Source: Verrucomicrobiales bacterium
GTDB lineage: Bacteria; Verrucomicrobiota; Verrucomicrobiia; Verrucomicrobiales; V1-33
Length of the DNA stretch: 64,000 nt
Direction of reading: 5' to 3'
Assembly: GCA_031411295.1 (NCBI GenBank)
Contig: JANOAV010000025.1
Coordinates: 1 to 64,000 of the forward strand
In this document: positions 47,729-57,471 of the stretch, piece after piece
Layout: each line of letters begins with the position of its first letter
Position numbering within the stretch: position 1 is the stretch's first letter
Position numbers and translations under genes: made by a program
The notes under the pieces: generated by a model
Database searches by the model: none
Told to the model about the DNA's origin: nothing
What the model saw: the letters and a program-made list of their open reading frames with translations, nothing else

Positions 47729-48997
47729 CTAGTCTAAAATAGACGCATCCAGCACCTCGAAGCGCACCACGGAATTCTTTGAGGCCAAAGATGAGCGAGC
47801 CCATTTTGCCCCCAAGTCTTTTTGAATGCGGGTGCGTTCAGTCTTGGCTAATCGACGCCATTTCACCTCCGCTACTACAAGCCCACCGCTGTTATCGGGT
47901 TGCGGACCTACCAAATCAATTTCCAAGTCCTTTTCCCAGTAACGCTGCGAGCCTGGATAGAGTGAGCGGCAATAATCTTCGAATACTGTCGAGGCATGCT
48001 CGTGGATTAACAGTCGCTTTTTCGCATCGTCGTATTGCTGCCAACGGCTTTGATGCGGGGAAAAAACGCGGAACCAAAATCGCATCGTAGGATCTAGGAT
48101 GCGATAAAGCATTCGTTTGGTGGTGCGCAGGCTCTCCCCATAAGGCAACTCCCGTTCCAAGATGGAAGCATCCAGGAGTTGCTGGAAGAGTCGGGAGAGA
48201 TTCGTCTGAGCCGTGCCCAATCGCATGGCGATCTCCGATGGCCGCTCCGCACCTCTTCCTACTGCCTCCAAAACAGCCAGCGCATTCAGGCCGGCCACAC
48301 CTTCGTCCCGCAAAATGCGCTGAGGCTCTTGTTCCATGTATGGCGCAAAATCAAAATAAAGCGCTTCTGCCGTCTGGACCACGTTTTGATCGTTGGTTAG
48401 GAATTCCCAATATTTCGGCAATCCGCCCACGCAGGAAAATTTCTCGAAGGATTCCATCGTCTTGGTGGAAAGCTTGCAAGCGCTACAAAAGGCCGAGTAA
48501 TTCATGGGGCGCACGGTGAGCAGTTTCACCGCACGCCCATACAATGGGGCACCACGATTCAGGAAGAGATCGTTCATCATCCGCGTGCTGGATCCCGCCA
48601 GAATAAGCAAACATCCGTCCGGAATGGAATGATCTAGCCAATTCTGAAGCTGACTGGGCAGGGAATGATCCACAGCGGTGAGATACGGAAACTCATCCAA
48701 ACAGAGCGTCCATGGTTTCTTTTGGAGCGAAAGGATTTCGAAGAATTCCGCCCAGGACTTTGGGGTCAATTTGGTGTCTAACTGGGATTGGAGATCAGCA
48801 AAAATCTGCTGAACTTGGGCATCCCGGTGCGCCTCAATGGCTTGGCTATACCAACCCTGTCGGCCTTCCAGCCATTGCCTCAGAAGTCGAGTTTTGCCAA
48901 CCCGCCGCCTTCCGAATACCACGAGCAGGCCGCCTTTTAGGGCCGCTGAATCGAGTTCGCGGAGTTCGTCCACGCGGTTTACGAATGCAAGTCTCAT
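47729..48997 (-). CDS. Archaeal-type (ATPase_2) P-loop ATPase with wHTH and C-terminal PD-(D/E)xK nuclease-like domain (DUF234-like)
   Basis: FVNRVDEL, FGRRRVGKT, LDEFPYL, LAGSS, GGLPKY, YRILDPTMRFWF, EIDLVG...VAEVKW. Confidence 0.88.
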   Translation of the reverse strand: MRLAFVNRVDELRELDSAALKGGLLVVFGRRRVGKTRLLRQWLEGRQGWYSQAIEAHRDAQVQQIFADLQSQLDTKLTPKSWAEFFEILSLQKKPWTLCLDEFPYLTAVDHSLPSQLQNWLDHSIPDGCLLILAGSSTRMMNDLFLNRGAPLYGRAVKLLTVRPMNYSAFCSACKLSTKTMESFEKFSCVGGLPKYWEFLTNDQNVVQTAEALYFDFAPYMEQEPQRILRDEGVAGLNALAVLEAVGRGAERPSEIAMRLGTAQTNLSRLFQQLLDASILERELPYGESLRTTKRMLYRILDPTMRFWFRVFSPHQSRWQQYDDAKKRLLIHEHASTVFEDYCRSLYPGSQRYWEKDLEIDLVGPQPDNSGGLVVAEVKWRRLAKTERTRIQKDLGAKWARSSLASKNSVVRFEVLDASILD

Positions 48998-49057
48998 GGC
49001 CGTAAGTTATCGCTTTAGTTGATGTTCGTCAAACATTATGTCTTCCGAGCATAATCA

Positions 49058-49102
49058 TAAGGATTTGGAACGGGCAGGGGAGGGGATAGCGGGGCTGCCT
49101 GA
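49058..49102. repeat. 45-bp direct repeat, copy 2
   Basis: See 47559-47603. Confidence 0.9.
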
Positions 49103-49136
49103 GACCGTGGCGCGACTGCGATCTGGGAGGACCAGG

Positions 49137-50483
49137 CTATCTGGCAGGATCCGGGAGGACGCGAGGGATTTCATTAACGCGGTAGCCGAAGCCCGTGGAG
49201 CCGAGGGAGCCAAGGTCGAGCAGACCTTGGCGGCGTTGGTAGAGTCCGGGATGGATGGTTGCTTCCGGAGCGGAGGCGACGGGGTAGAACTGCATGGCGT
49301 TGGACTCAACCCCCATGATGGTTCCGGCATGAGCGGCCAGGAGGACGTGGGGAATTTGCGCGAGCATGGGGTTGGTCAGGTCTTGCACCATGACGGTCAT
49401 GCCGTGGGTCTTGGCCCACGCCAGGCTGAGGAGGGCTCCGGTGAGGGTCTTGCAGGTCTTGAGGGCGACGCTGCTCCAACCAAGCTCCCGCCCGAGGCGC
49501 ACGAATTTCCAATCGTGGGCGCTTTCGTCGAGAAAGAGCGGCTTGCGGGCCGTCACGCTGCGCACGTCGATTTGGTTTTGCGGTAAATCTAGTTCGTAGG
49601 GAAAGGGTTGTTCGACGTAGAGCAGGCGTGCGTAAATGGCGGGTTCATCCTGGAGGAGGCGATCCAAGGTGCCACAGACGACGGCGGGGTCGGTGACAGT
49701 GCAGTTAAAGTCTGCACTGAGCCAAGCGACGTTTTGGGCCAGGGCGATCTTTCCCACCCGGACGAGTCGGTCATAATCCCAAGCGGGGTCGGTGCCGCGG
49801 AGCTTGATTTTGAGGCACTGGAGGCCATCACGTGCGATCCAATCAGTGAGAAGGACCGGATACCCATCGTCTGGTTCATGGCCGGTTAGGTCAGCCGCAG
49901 TTAGGGCATCGAGTCCACCGACGAGATGCCAGACGGGGAGCTGGGATTGCGGCTGGGTGAGGAAATCTGCGGGGTAGCGGCCGCTAAATTTAGCGGAGGG
50001 TGCCAGATAGTGGCTGAGGTCGCGTGAGAGGTGATCCTTTCCTAGCAAACTGAAGACCGGGGCTTGGTGGAGGTTGCCGTAGGCATCGTAGAGGGCCAGG
50101 TCGAAGGGGGAAAAGCAAAGCAGCGTGGCGAGGTGGGGAATGGGGGTGCCGCTGGCCAAGGTGAAGAGCAGTTGGGCTTGGAAGGCGTGGCTGATCTCGA
50201 AGGGATGGCCGGAGAGGTCAGTGGTGGGGAGGGTGGCATTGAGGCGCTGGCAGAGATCGAGGAGATATTGCTCGCGGCTAGCATAGGAAATGGCATCATC
50301 CGGCCAGACCCAGGCGACGCTGAGCGGGGTTTCCCCCCATCCTTCGGCAATGCGCCCTTGCGCATCCTCCACCACGAGGCGGACGCGGGCGCAGAGAACT
50401 TGGGTGATGGTTTGATGGCCGAACTTGAGGGGCACGCGGGTGACCACGGGCAGGAAGTAGAGCGAGGATTCGCGAACGCGCAT
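49137..50483 (-). CDS. Enolase-superfamily (mandelate racemase/muconate lactonizing enzyme-like) protein
   Basis: EGWGE, DLALYDAYG, KxK motif LKIKLRG, metal ligands ADFN / EQP / DES, ALKTCK. Confidence 0.85.
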   Translation of the reverse strand: MRVRESSLYFLPVVTRVPLKFGHQTITQVLCARVRLVVEDAQGRIAEGWGETPLSVAWVWPDDAISYASREQYLLDLCQRLNATLPTTDLSGHPFEISHAFQAQLLFTLASGTPIPHLATLLCFSPFDLALYDAYGNLHQAPVFSLLGKDHLSRDLSHYLAPSAKFSGRYPADFLTQPQSQLPVWHLVGGLDALTAADLTGHEPDDGYPVLLTDWIARDGLQCLKIKLRGTDPAWDYDRLVRVGKIALAQNVAWLSADFNCTVTDPAVVCGTLDRLLQDEPAIYARLLYVEQPFPYELDLPQNQIDVRSVTARKPLFLDESAHDWKFVRLGRELGWSSVALKTCKTLTGALLSLAWAKTHGMTVMVQDLTNPMLAQIPHVLLAAHAGTIMGVESNAMQFYPVASAPEATIHPGLYQRRQGLLDLGSLGSTGFGYRVNEIPRVLPDPAR

Positions 50484-50488
50484 GGGAG

Positions 50489-53400
50489 CTAGCTTGGAGT
50501 CTGGATGGCGACTTCAGCTTTCCGCAGCAGCGTGGTCATGCCGAGTTGATCATTTTCGCAAACGTAGCCGGGCCGGAAGGTCTGAGTTATCTTCGTGAAC
50601 TGGTCCTGGCCGACGGTGGTTTCCACAATCTGGATGCGCTTGCGCGCGGCCATGTCCAGAGTGGTCTCCGGGGCATAGGTGTAAGCAGTGATCGAATACT
50701 CCGAAAGCAGATCCAGCACGCCAGCTCGGAAAACCCGGAGCTGGGCGAGGATGTCGGGCGCGGAATTTTTTTGCTCCAGATGCTGAATCATTTCATCGAG
50801 GAAATCCAGATGCTTAATCAGGCCTTTGCCCATGGCATGAACCGTGCCCCAGTTAAGATCAATGGCGCTTTGCAGGAACCTCTTCCGCTCTTCGAGATCG
50901 TCCACTTGGCGCTGGAGTCGGGTGATTTGGAGGGCTTGCGGGTGCGGTTGGGAGGCTAGGTTACTGAGGCTCTGTTGCAGCATTTCCTCTTGCTGGGTCA
51001 GTTGGGCGATGACCTGAGTCAGGGCGGTGTGCTGCTGTAGGGCGGCATGGTGGGCCTGAGCCAGGCGATCCGCCTCGGCCAACGCCGCGCGACGGACTTC
51101 CAAGGTTTTTTCGGAATCGGCAATCTGGCTGGTTAACAATGTGAGGGCGCGTTGTTGTTGTTCGACTTGTGGAGTCAATTGCTGCAGCGCTTGTTGCTGG
51201 CCCAGCATCATCTGTAGCTCGTTGCCTGCTTTGTGCCGTCTGGTTTCCAACTCCTTGAGTTCACTGGCGAGGGAAAGGCGGGCTTCCTGGAGGGAGGCCA
51301 AATCGTTTTCGGCGTGCTTGATTTGTTGCTGGAGCGCAGCCTTGTGTTGCTCGGCCTGCTGGTGCTGGCTGATTTCCGCCGTGGCCTTGTCGTGGAACGA
51401 TTGGTATTGTTGTTCCAGAGTGGTGAGTTCCTCACGCACCTTGGCCTTGTGATCTTCGAGCTGTTGTTTGGTCTTCTGGCTGGCGTCCAGTTCGTTGGTG
51501 AGGTGCTGCTGGTTAGCCTGTAATTGTTGGAGTCTGATTTCCAACTCGAGCGTTTCCCGGTGTCGTTGCTCCAGGCTCTTTTTTTCTTGGAAGAGCTTGT
51601 CTTCCACGCTCTTCAACTCGGATTCAGCAATGACATGGCGTTGCACGAAATTGTTCACCTCCTGTTGCACTTTGCGATGTTCCTGACGAGTGCTCTCGAC
51701 CGATTGTTTGGCATTATGCTGCTCGGTCTGAAGGGCGGCAAGCGAAGCTTGGAGTTCGTTGTGGGTGGAGCGCACGGAGGACAATTCCCGCTGGGTCTGT
51801 TCCAGAGCGGCGGCCCGGGCTTTGAGTTCCTGCTCGGACTTGCCGACTTCCCGTTGGATGTCATCGCGCTGGCGGACGAGTTTATCCAGTTCTCCCCGCT
51901 GGGCTTGGAGTTTGATCTCTCCGGCCTGGGTGCTGCGTTGGAGTTCACGCTGATAGTTTTCCAGATTAGCGTGGGCCTGATCCACGGCCTGATTTTTCAC
52001 GAGGAGGGAAGATTCCGCCTCAGACGATTTGCGCTGGGCCAGAGCCAGTTTGCGCTCGGTCTCAACGAGCTGGTTCTGCAGTTGGGTGAAGCGTTTGTCC
52101 TCGGCCGACTTGTCCACTTTGGCGGCGGCCAGGGCGTTTTGAATTTCGTCCAAACGTGCCTTGCTGTGGTCGATCTGAATTTCCAATTGCCGTTCCTGAC
52201 CTTGTTTGGCGTGGATGTCTTCCTCCAGCTTGTTGAGGAGTGCCTCCTGTCCTTTAAGCTTGTCGGCCTTCTTGCTCAGCGCATCCAACTCCTGTAGCAG
52301 GGATGCGCGCTCGTCCGCCAGAGTGGCGAGGGTGGCGGATTCCTGGATGCAGGCGGTCTGGGTGGACTTGAGGGTGGCTTCCAGGCCCGCCAGGTTGGCG
52401 TTGGTTTCAGCCAATTGCTGTAGTTTGAGATCGGAGAGCCCAAGCTGCTCGGTGCGCTCTTCGAGATGGGATTCTACGCTGGCCAAAGATTGTTGCAATC
52501 CGCTCAGTTTGGTGGCCATGGCTTGGTGGCCAGCCGCAGTGTCGGTGAGTTTGGATTCCAACGCCTGAAGTTCAGTTTGCTTTTCGCTGACATGCTCCGT
52601 CAACTGGACGAGTGACTGCTGCTGTTGCGATTGTTCGTTGGTGAGGACTTGTATTTGGGACTCCAGTTCGGCCGCTTCTTCCGCTAATTTGGCGAGCTTG
52701 GCGACGGCACCTTTTTCGTCAGCCGCGTGAGCGGAAAGAGCGGATTTGGTTTCGGCAAGTTTTCGCTCGGTTTCGTGGAGTTTGGTGACGGTATCCGCCA
52801 GTAAGGATTCGGTCTGGGCCAGCATTTGCTGTTGTTCCTCGTGGGTCTTCAGCGTGGCCTGCTGATGCGTCTCTAATGCTGCCAGCGCAGCCCGCTGGGA
52901 ACTGATCTGAGCGTGGACCTGGGTCAGGGTGGCGTGATGGGTGGCATGCTCGTCCGTGAGTTGCGTCAGTTTTTGCTCCGCAGCGGCGGCGGCGGCGGTC
53001 GTGGTGGCGAGGCTGGCTTGGGCGAGGCTGAGCTTCTGCTCGGTTTCCTGTAGTTCCGCCTGCTGGGCCTGAGTGGCTGCCAGGCTGGCTTGGGCTCGCT
53101 GGAGGTCGGCTTCGATGGCTGCTAACTCCGTGGACTTATCCGCTCGCAGGTTCTGCTCGAGCTGTTTGAGGGTTTCGATCTGATTTTCGAGTTCGGAAAT
53201 TTCGTCGTGAGTCTTGGTTCTGGCCTTGGTTAGTTGCTCGGTTTCCTGCTTGAGGTCGGCCCGGACTCCAATGAGTTCCGCTTTGGCGGTGGCTAGCTCC
53301 TCGCGTGTGGCTTGGGCTTGCTCGATCTGGGTCCTGAGAGTGCGGAGTTCCTCGTTGGCCTTGGTGGTTAGTTCCCGGGAACGCCTTTGCTCGATTTCGG

Positions 53401-55165
53401 TGCGTCGTTGCGCCTCCAGCAAGGCTTTTTCGGTTTCCTCCAACTCCAGTTGAGCCGCAGACAGGCGTTCCTGCTGGGCTTGGAGCGCGGTCACTTGTTC
53501 CTCTTCCCTTTGCTGGTGGAGGGCTTGCAGGGACTCCAACTGTGCCGCCGATTGGGTGGAGGCCGCGAGCCGTCGTTGCTCTTCGGCTTGGATCTTGGCG
53601 CGGAGTTCGTTGAGTTGCGTGCCAGCCGCCGCGATTTCCTGCTGAGTCTCACTCAGGGCGGTGGTTTGCCGGGCTGATTCAGCTTCGGCGGCCTGAAGTT
53701 TGGTGTGGGTCGCAGTCAGGGCGGCTTCGGCTTGCGCCAACTCCGTTTGCACGTGGGAAAGTTTATCGCTCTGATGATGGAGCGACTGAAGTGCTTCCAA
53801 TTGGGCGGAGGAATGCGAAGAGGCCTCCAAATGGCGCTTTTCTTCCAGCTGAATTTTCGCCTGCAGTGCAGTGAACTCGGCGGCGGCCTGGGAGATTTGC
53901 TGTTGGGTCTGCTGTAGTGCCGTCTGGGCTTCTGCGTGCTGCTGATGTTCGGCCGCCAGATTCGACTTGGCGGCCTCCAACTCTGCCTGCCTAGCGGTCA
54001 GGGAGGACTCGACATGGCCGAGTTCAGCGCGCTTCGCCTGAAGGGCTTCCAAGGCCTTGGTCTCGACGGCCACTTGGCCCGCAAGTTGATCCTGCCGCTT
54101 GGTCTCCGCCTCGACTCTTTCCTGCAGTTCCCGCAAGGCCCGCTGCGCGGCGGTGGCGGCAAACTCAGTGGCGGCCAGAGTCGCTTGGTGCGCGGAAATT
54201 TTCTCGGCCTGGCTGGACGAGAGTTGGGCCAGATGGGATTCCTGCTGAGTTTGGGTCAGACTGACCTGAGCCTGTAATTCCAGCAATTGGGCGCGCGCGG
54301 AGGCCAAGGCGGATTGAGTTTCACCTAACGCAGTGGTCTCGGTCTTGAGAGTGGCGGCTGCTTGGCGCAGTGCCAGCAGGGAGGCTTGGGCGGTGGCGGC
54401 CTCGCTCTGGATGCTTTGCAGCTTGGCGGCTTCCGCTTTAAGGTTTTCCAGCTCGGTGAGTTTTTGCTGGAGGGCTTTTTCTGCCAGCTCAGCTCGGGCT
54501 TTTTCTGCGACCGTGGTGGCGGTGATTTGTTCCTTCAGCTCAGCGAGTTGCAGGCCTGCACGGTCGAGTTCCGCTTGCTCGACCTTGGGCTTGCTAGTGA
54601 CAACTGGCGCAGCGGGCTGGGCCAATGGTGCAGTGCTGCTAACCGGGAGCTCTGCCAGCATGGTGGCCGCGGCACTCTCGGTGGTCGTGGCTACGCCCCG
54701 ATTCCGAGTCGGGACTACCGTGGGTTTGGCAGCCAGCACCGGAGCGGATTTTTTGGCAGCGGGGGGACGGTTAACGGACGGGGCGGGGCTGGGCGAAGTC
54801 TCCGGTTTGGCTGGGGTGGGTGGGGTGCGGGGGACCGCCAGGGGGATCGTCTTGGAGGCTTGTGCCTTGAGGGCAGTTGGATTTACGAACACTGCATCCA
54901 ATTGGCCAAAGGAAACTTGGTCGCCATCCTTAAGGATCTGGGTTTCAACCCGCGTTCCGTTGACGAACGTTCCATTGCTGGAGCCCAAATCCTGGAGCTT
55001 ATACTGACCGTCTTCCTGGCGGGTGAACGAAGCGTGCTGTCCGGAGATCCAAGAATTGTCGATCACAATATCATTGGTGTCACGACGGCCCAGCGTCGTG
55101 CTTTCCGCTGTGAGCGGAAAGTCCATGTCCTCGCCATCGCGAATTTTAAAGACCAGTTTGGCCAT
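50489..55165 (-). CDS. FHA-domain protein with a very long coiled coil and GrpE-like C-terminal domain
   Basis: FHA: TLGRRDTNDIV..SWISGQHA..DLGSSNGTFVNG; heptad-rich Q/E/A/L/K region of over 1100 aa; tail KITQTFRPGYV...LLRKAEVAI. Confidence 0.85.
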   Translation of the reverse strand: MAKLVFKIRDGEDMDFPLTAESTTLGRRDTNDIVIDNSWISGQHASFTRQEDGQYKLQDLGSSNGTFVNGTRVETQILKDGDQVSFGQLDAVFVNPTALKAQASKTIPLAVPRTPPTPAKPETSPSPAPSVNRPPAAKKSAPVLAAKPTVVPTRNRGVATTTESAAATMLAELPVSSTAPLAQPAAPVVTSKPKVEQAELDRAGLQLAELKEQITATTVAEKARAELAEKALQQKLTELENLKAEAAKLQSIQSEAATAQASLLALRQAAATLKTETTALGETQSALASARAQLLELQAQVSLTQTQQESHLAQLSSSQAEKISAHQATLAATEFAATAAQRALRELQERVEAETKRQDQLAGQVAVETKALEALQAKRAELGHVESSLTARQAELEAAKSNLAAEHQQHAEAQTALQQTQQQISQAAAEFTALQAKIQLEEKRHLEASSHSSAQLEALQSLHHQSDKLSHVQTELAQAEAALTATHTKLQAAEAESARQTTALSETQQEIAAAGTQLNELRAKIQAEEQRRLAASTQSAAQLESLQALHQQREEEQVTALQAQQERLSAAQLELEETEKALLEAQRRTEIEQRRSRELTTKANEELRTLRTQIEQAQATREELATAKAELIGVRADLKQETEQLTKARTKTHDEISELENQIETLKQLEQNLRADKSTELAAIEADLQRAQASLAATQAQQAELQETEQKLSLAQASLATTTAAAAAAEQKLTQLTDEHATHHATLTQVHAQISSQRAALAALETHQQATLKTHEEQQQMLAQTESLLADTVTKLHETERKLAETKSALSAHAADEKGAVAKLAKLAEEAAELESQIQVLTNEQSQQQQSLVQLTEHVSEKQTELQALESKLTDTAAGHQAMATKLSGLQQSLASVESHLEERTEQLGLSDLKLQQLAETNANLAGLEATLKSTQTACIQESATLATLADERASLLQELDALSKKADKLKGQEALLNKLEEDIHAKQGQERQLEIQIDHSKARLDEIQNALAAAKVDKSAEDKRFTQLQNQLVETERKLALAQRKSSEAESSLLVKNQAVDQAHANLENYQRELQRSTQAGEIKLQAQRGELDKLVRQRDDIQREVGKSEQELKARAAALEQTQRELSSVRSTHNELQASLAALQTEQHNAKQSVESTRQEHRKVQQEVNNFVQRHVIAESELKSVEDKLFQEKKSLEQRHRETLELEIRLQQLQANQQHLTNELDASQKTKQQLEDHKAKVREELTTLEQQYQSFHDKATAEISQHQQAEQHKAALQQQIKHAENDLASLQEARLSLASELKELETRRHKAGNELQMMLGQQQALQQLTPQVEQQQRALTLLTSQIADSEKTLEVRRAALAEADRLAQAHHAALQQHTALTQVIAQLTQQEEMLQQSLSNLASQPHPQALQITRLQRQVDDLEERKRFLQSAIDLNWGTVHAMGKGLIKHLDFLDEMIQHLEQKNSAPDILAQLRVFRAGVLDLLSEYSITAYTYAPETTLDMAARKRIQIVETTVGQDQFTKITQTFRPGYVCENDQLGMTTLLRKAEVAIQTPS

Positions 55166-55412
55166 GCGGTTCAGGTGCTAATGAAAATGTTGAAATTGGT
55201 CGGAAGCAAGACGCGGACAGTCCCGTCTCTTTTCTTGGTCGAATCTTTTGTCAATAGTAGCAAATATTAACTGATGCGAGACTATTTTTCAAATTTTAGC
55301 ACATTCTCAGGCGTTGTCGCCTATGATAATTCCTGTATTGTTAAAAAAATTGCTCAGAGCAGTGGCTGGAGAGGCTGAATTTCAAAAATGACTTGGTTAT
55401 CAGGAGTTGGGG

Positions 55413-55883
55413 TCATTTTACCCCAAAAAAATCTTCGAGGACGGCTCGGTAAACCCCGCGTTTGAACTCGGGGAGCCAGGAGAGCTTGAACTCGGCCGGA
55501 TCAATCCATTTCCAGGAACGAAATTCTGGTTTTGGAGTGCTGATGTTGATGCTGGAATCATCCCCGGTGAACGAGCACAGAAAGTAAGTTTGTTCCTGAC
55601 CGATGTATTTTCCCCAACGTCGATGCTGTTGGGGGAATTCGTAGCGATAGCCGCCGCGCTCACTGAGGATGGTGAAGTGCTCTGCGCGGAGGGAGAGTTC
55701 CTCACCCATTTCCCGCACGAGGGCGACCCGGGTGGTTTCTCCGCGGTCCACTCCCCCTTGGGGGAATTGCCAACTATCGGCATAATCCCGCCGCTCTGCG
55801 ACGAGCACTTGGCCAGCGGAGTTCTGCAGCAGTGCTGCCACACAGGGACGGTATTGTGAAGCCATGGGGGGGATTGGTTTCAT
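55413..55883 (-). CDS. NUDIX hydrolase, RppH-like
   Basis: YRPCVA, WQFPQGGVDRGE...REMGEE Nudix box, GQEQTYFL, PEFRSWKW, FKRGVY. Confidence 0.88.
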   Translation of the reverse strand: MKPIPPMASQYRPCVAALLQNSAGQVLVAERRDYADSWQFPQGGVDRGETTRVALVREMGEELSLRAEHFTILSERGGYRYEFPQQHRRWGKYIGQEQTYFLCSFTGDDSSINISTPKPEFRSWKWIDPAEFKLSWLPEFKRGVYRAVLEDFFGVK

Positions 55884-56165
55884 TTAAAGATGGTTCCTTC
55901 CTTCGGCGGGGGCGCCTCCGGCTGATTCGATCATTTGGTTGATCACCAGCACGTCTTCGAACGGAATGCGTCGGCGTTGGTATTTTTTAACGAGGAGATC
56001 CCTGAGTTCCTCCAAAATATCGAGCGGAACGGGATCATAGGTGATCCATTCTTCATCCGTCGCTAATGTGGTCATTACAGTCCACTTCTTCGCAAACTTG
56101 GTTGCGCGATAATAACGCATGGCCCGGGTTTCGGGGTCGCGTTCATGCCATTCGTGAGATTTCAT
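55884..56165 (-). CDS. Small hypothetical protein
   Basis: ATG at 56165 (MKSHEWHERD...KKYQRRRIP), abuts the NUDIX start. Confidence 0.7.
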   Translation of the reverse strand: MKSHEWHERDPETRAMRYYRATKFAKKWTVMTTLATDEEWITYDPVPLDILEELRDLLVKKYQRRRIPFEDVLVINQMIESAGGAPAEGRNHL

Positions 56166-56287
56166 AAAGTTAGGATCAGGGGGAAAAGCCCAATAAACAC
56201 GGAACCATCCGCTGCGCAATGTGGGAATCTCAGAATGCCGGGAAATATGGCCGGGCGGGACGATTGATGATAACGCGACACCGCAGC

Positions 56288-57331
56288 TCATGATTTGGAG
56301 GTGCTTTCGATGCACGCTTGGACTAATGCGGGACCATGATAGACCAGGCCGCTGTAAACCTGCACCAAGGTCGCCCCGGCCTCGATTTTGTCCGCGGCAT
56401 CCTTCCCTGACATGATGCCACCCACGCCAATGATGGGCAACGCGCCGTCCAACGCCTTCGCCAAATCAGCAATCAGAGCAGTGGCGCGTTCCGTTAGAGG
56501 GGCTCCGCTGAGGCCACCCCGTTCGTCTCCATTCGGGAGGCCTTCGACGAAGGTTCGGCTAAGGGTGGTATTGGTAGCGATGACCCCTTCGAGTTTTTCC
56601 TCAATGAAGAGTTTTGCCAGCGCTTGCAAATGTTGTTGTTCCAGGTCCGGGGCGATTTTGATGAGGATGGGAACGTGCTTTTGGTGAGATTGGGTCAGTT
56701 TGGCCTGTTCCGCATGCAACGCCTGGATGAGCGCCCGACAGCTTGCTTCCTCCTGGAGATCGCGCAGCCCCTTCGTGTTAGGGCTGGATAAATTTACCGT
56801 CACGTAATCCGCCTGGGCATAAGCCCCGCGCAGACCTAATAGATAGTCTTCAGTGGCGCGTTCGTTGGGGGTATCGAAGTTCTTGCCGATGTTCACCCCC
56901 AGCACCCCGGAGTAGGTGCGGCCGGTCACATTTTTCATGCCACTTTCGATGCCAAGGTTGTTGAAGCCCATGCGATTGATAATGGCTTCCTTGGCGATGA
57001 TGCGGAACAACCGGGGCGCAGGGTTGCCCGGCTGCGGACGCGGGGTGAGGGTGCCCACCTCAACGAAGCCAAAGCCCAGGGCGCCAAATCCATCCACGGC
57101 ATCCCCGGCCTTATCCAAACCAGCGGCCAACCCCACCCGATTGGGGAATTTTAACCCCCAGAGGGTCACGGGATTCACCGCCGGCGGCGGGCCGGAAAGA
57201 ATGCCAAAGCGCTCTGCCAGGCGCAAGCCAGTCAGGGTTACATGGTGTGCGGTCTCAGCCTCAAGACTGAAGAGAAGCGGTCGCAGCAACGGGTAGCTAA
57301 GGGAGGAAAGTTTCTGGGTGAGGGAACTCAT
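56288..57331 (-). CDS. pyrD: Quinone-dependent dihydroorotate dehydrogenase (class 2)
   Basis: GLAAGLDK, GTLTPRPQPGN, INRMGFNN, NIGKN, NLSSPNT, KIAPDL, TNTT, GGLSGAP. Confidence 0.96.
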   Translation of the reverse strand: MSSLTQKLSSLSYPLLRPLLFSLEAETAHHVTLTGLRLAERFGILSGPPPAVNPVTLWGLKFPNRVGLAAGLDKAGDAVDGFGALGFGFVEVGTLTPRPQPGNPAPRLFRIIAKEAIINRMGFNNLGIESGMKNVTGRTYSGVLGVNIGKNFDTPNERATEDYLLGLRGAYAQADYVTVNLSSPNTKGLRDLQEEASCRALIQALHAEQAKLTQSHQKHVPILIKIAPDLEQQHLQALAKLFIEEKLEGVIATNTTLSRTFVEGLPNGDERGGLSGAPLTERATALIADLAKALDGALPIIGVGGIMSGKDAADKIEAGATLVQVYSGLVYHGPALVQACIESTSKS

Positions 57332-57471
57332 AACTGCTTCAACGCTGAAATTATAAAGCTGCGCAATGGAAAAATGAATCGAAAGCCGCAGGGGTGCCAC
57401 CAATCGCTCAGGAGAATTGCTGAAACATTTCCATCGCGCAACTGAATGAATCCTGTAAGCGTAGGGTCGTC

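Noticed and set aside
50489..55165. SMC/SbcC-type ATPase call for the 1558-aa protein
   Set aside because: No Walker A/B or ABC signature; the N-terminus is an FHA domain.
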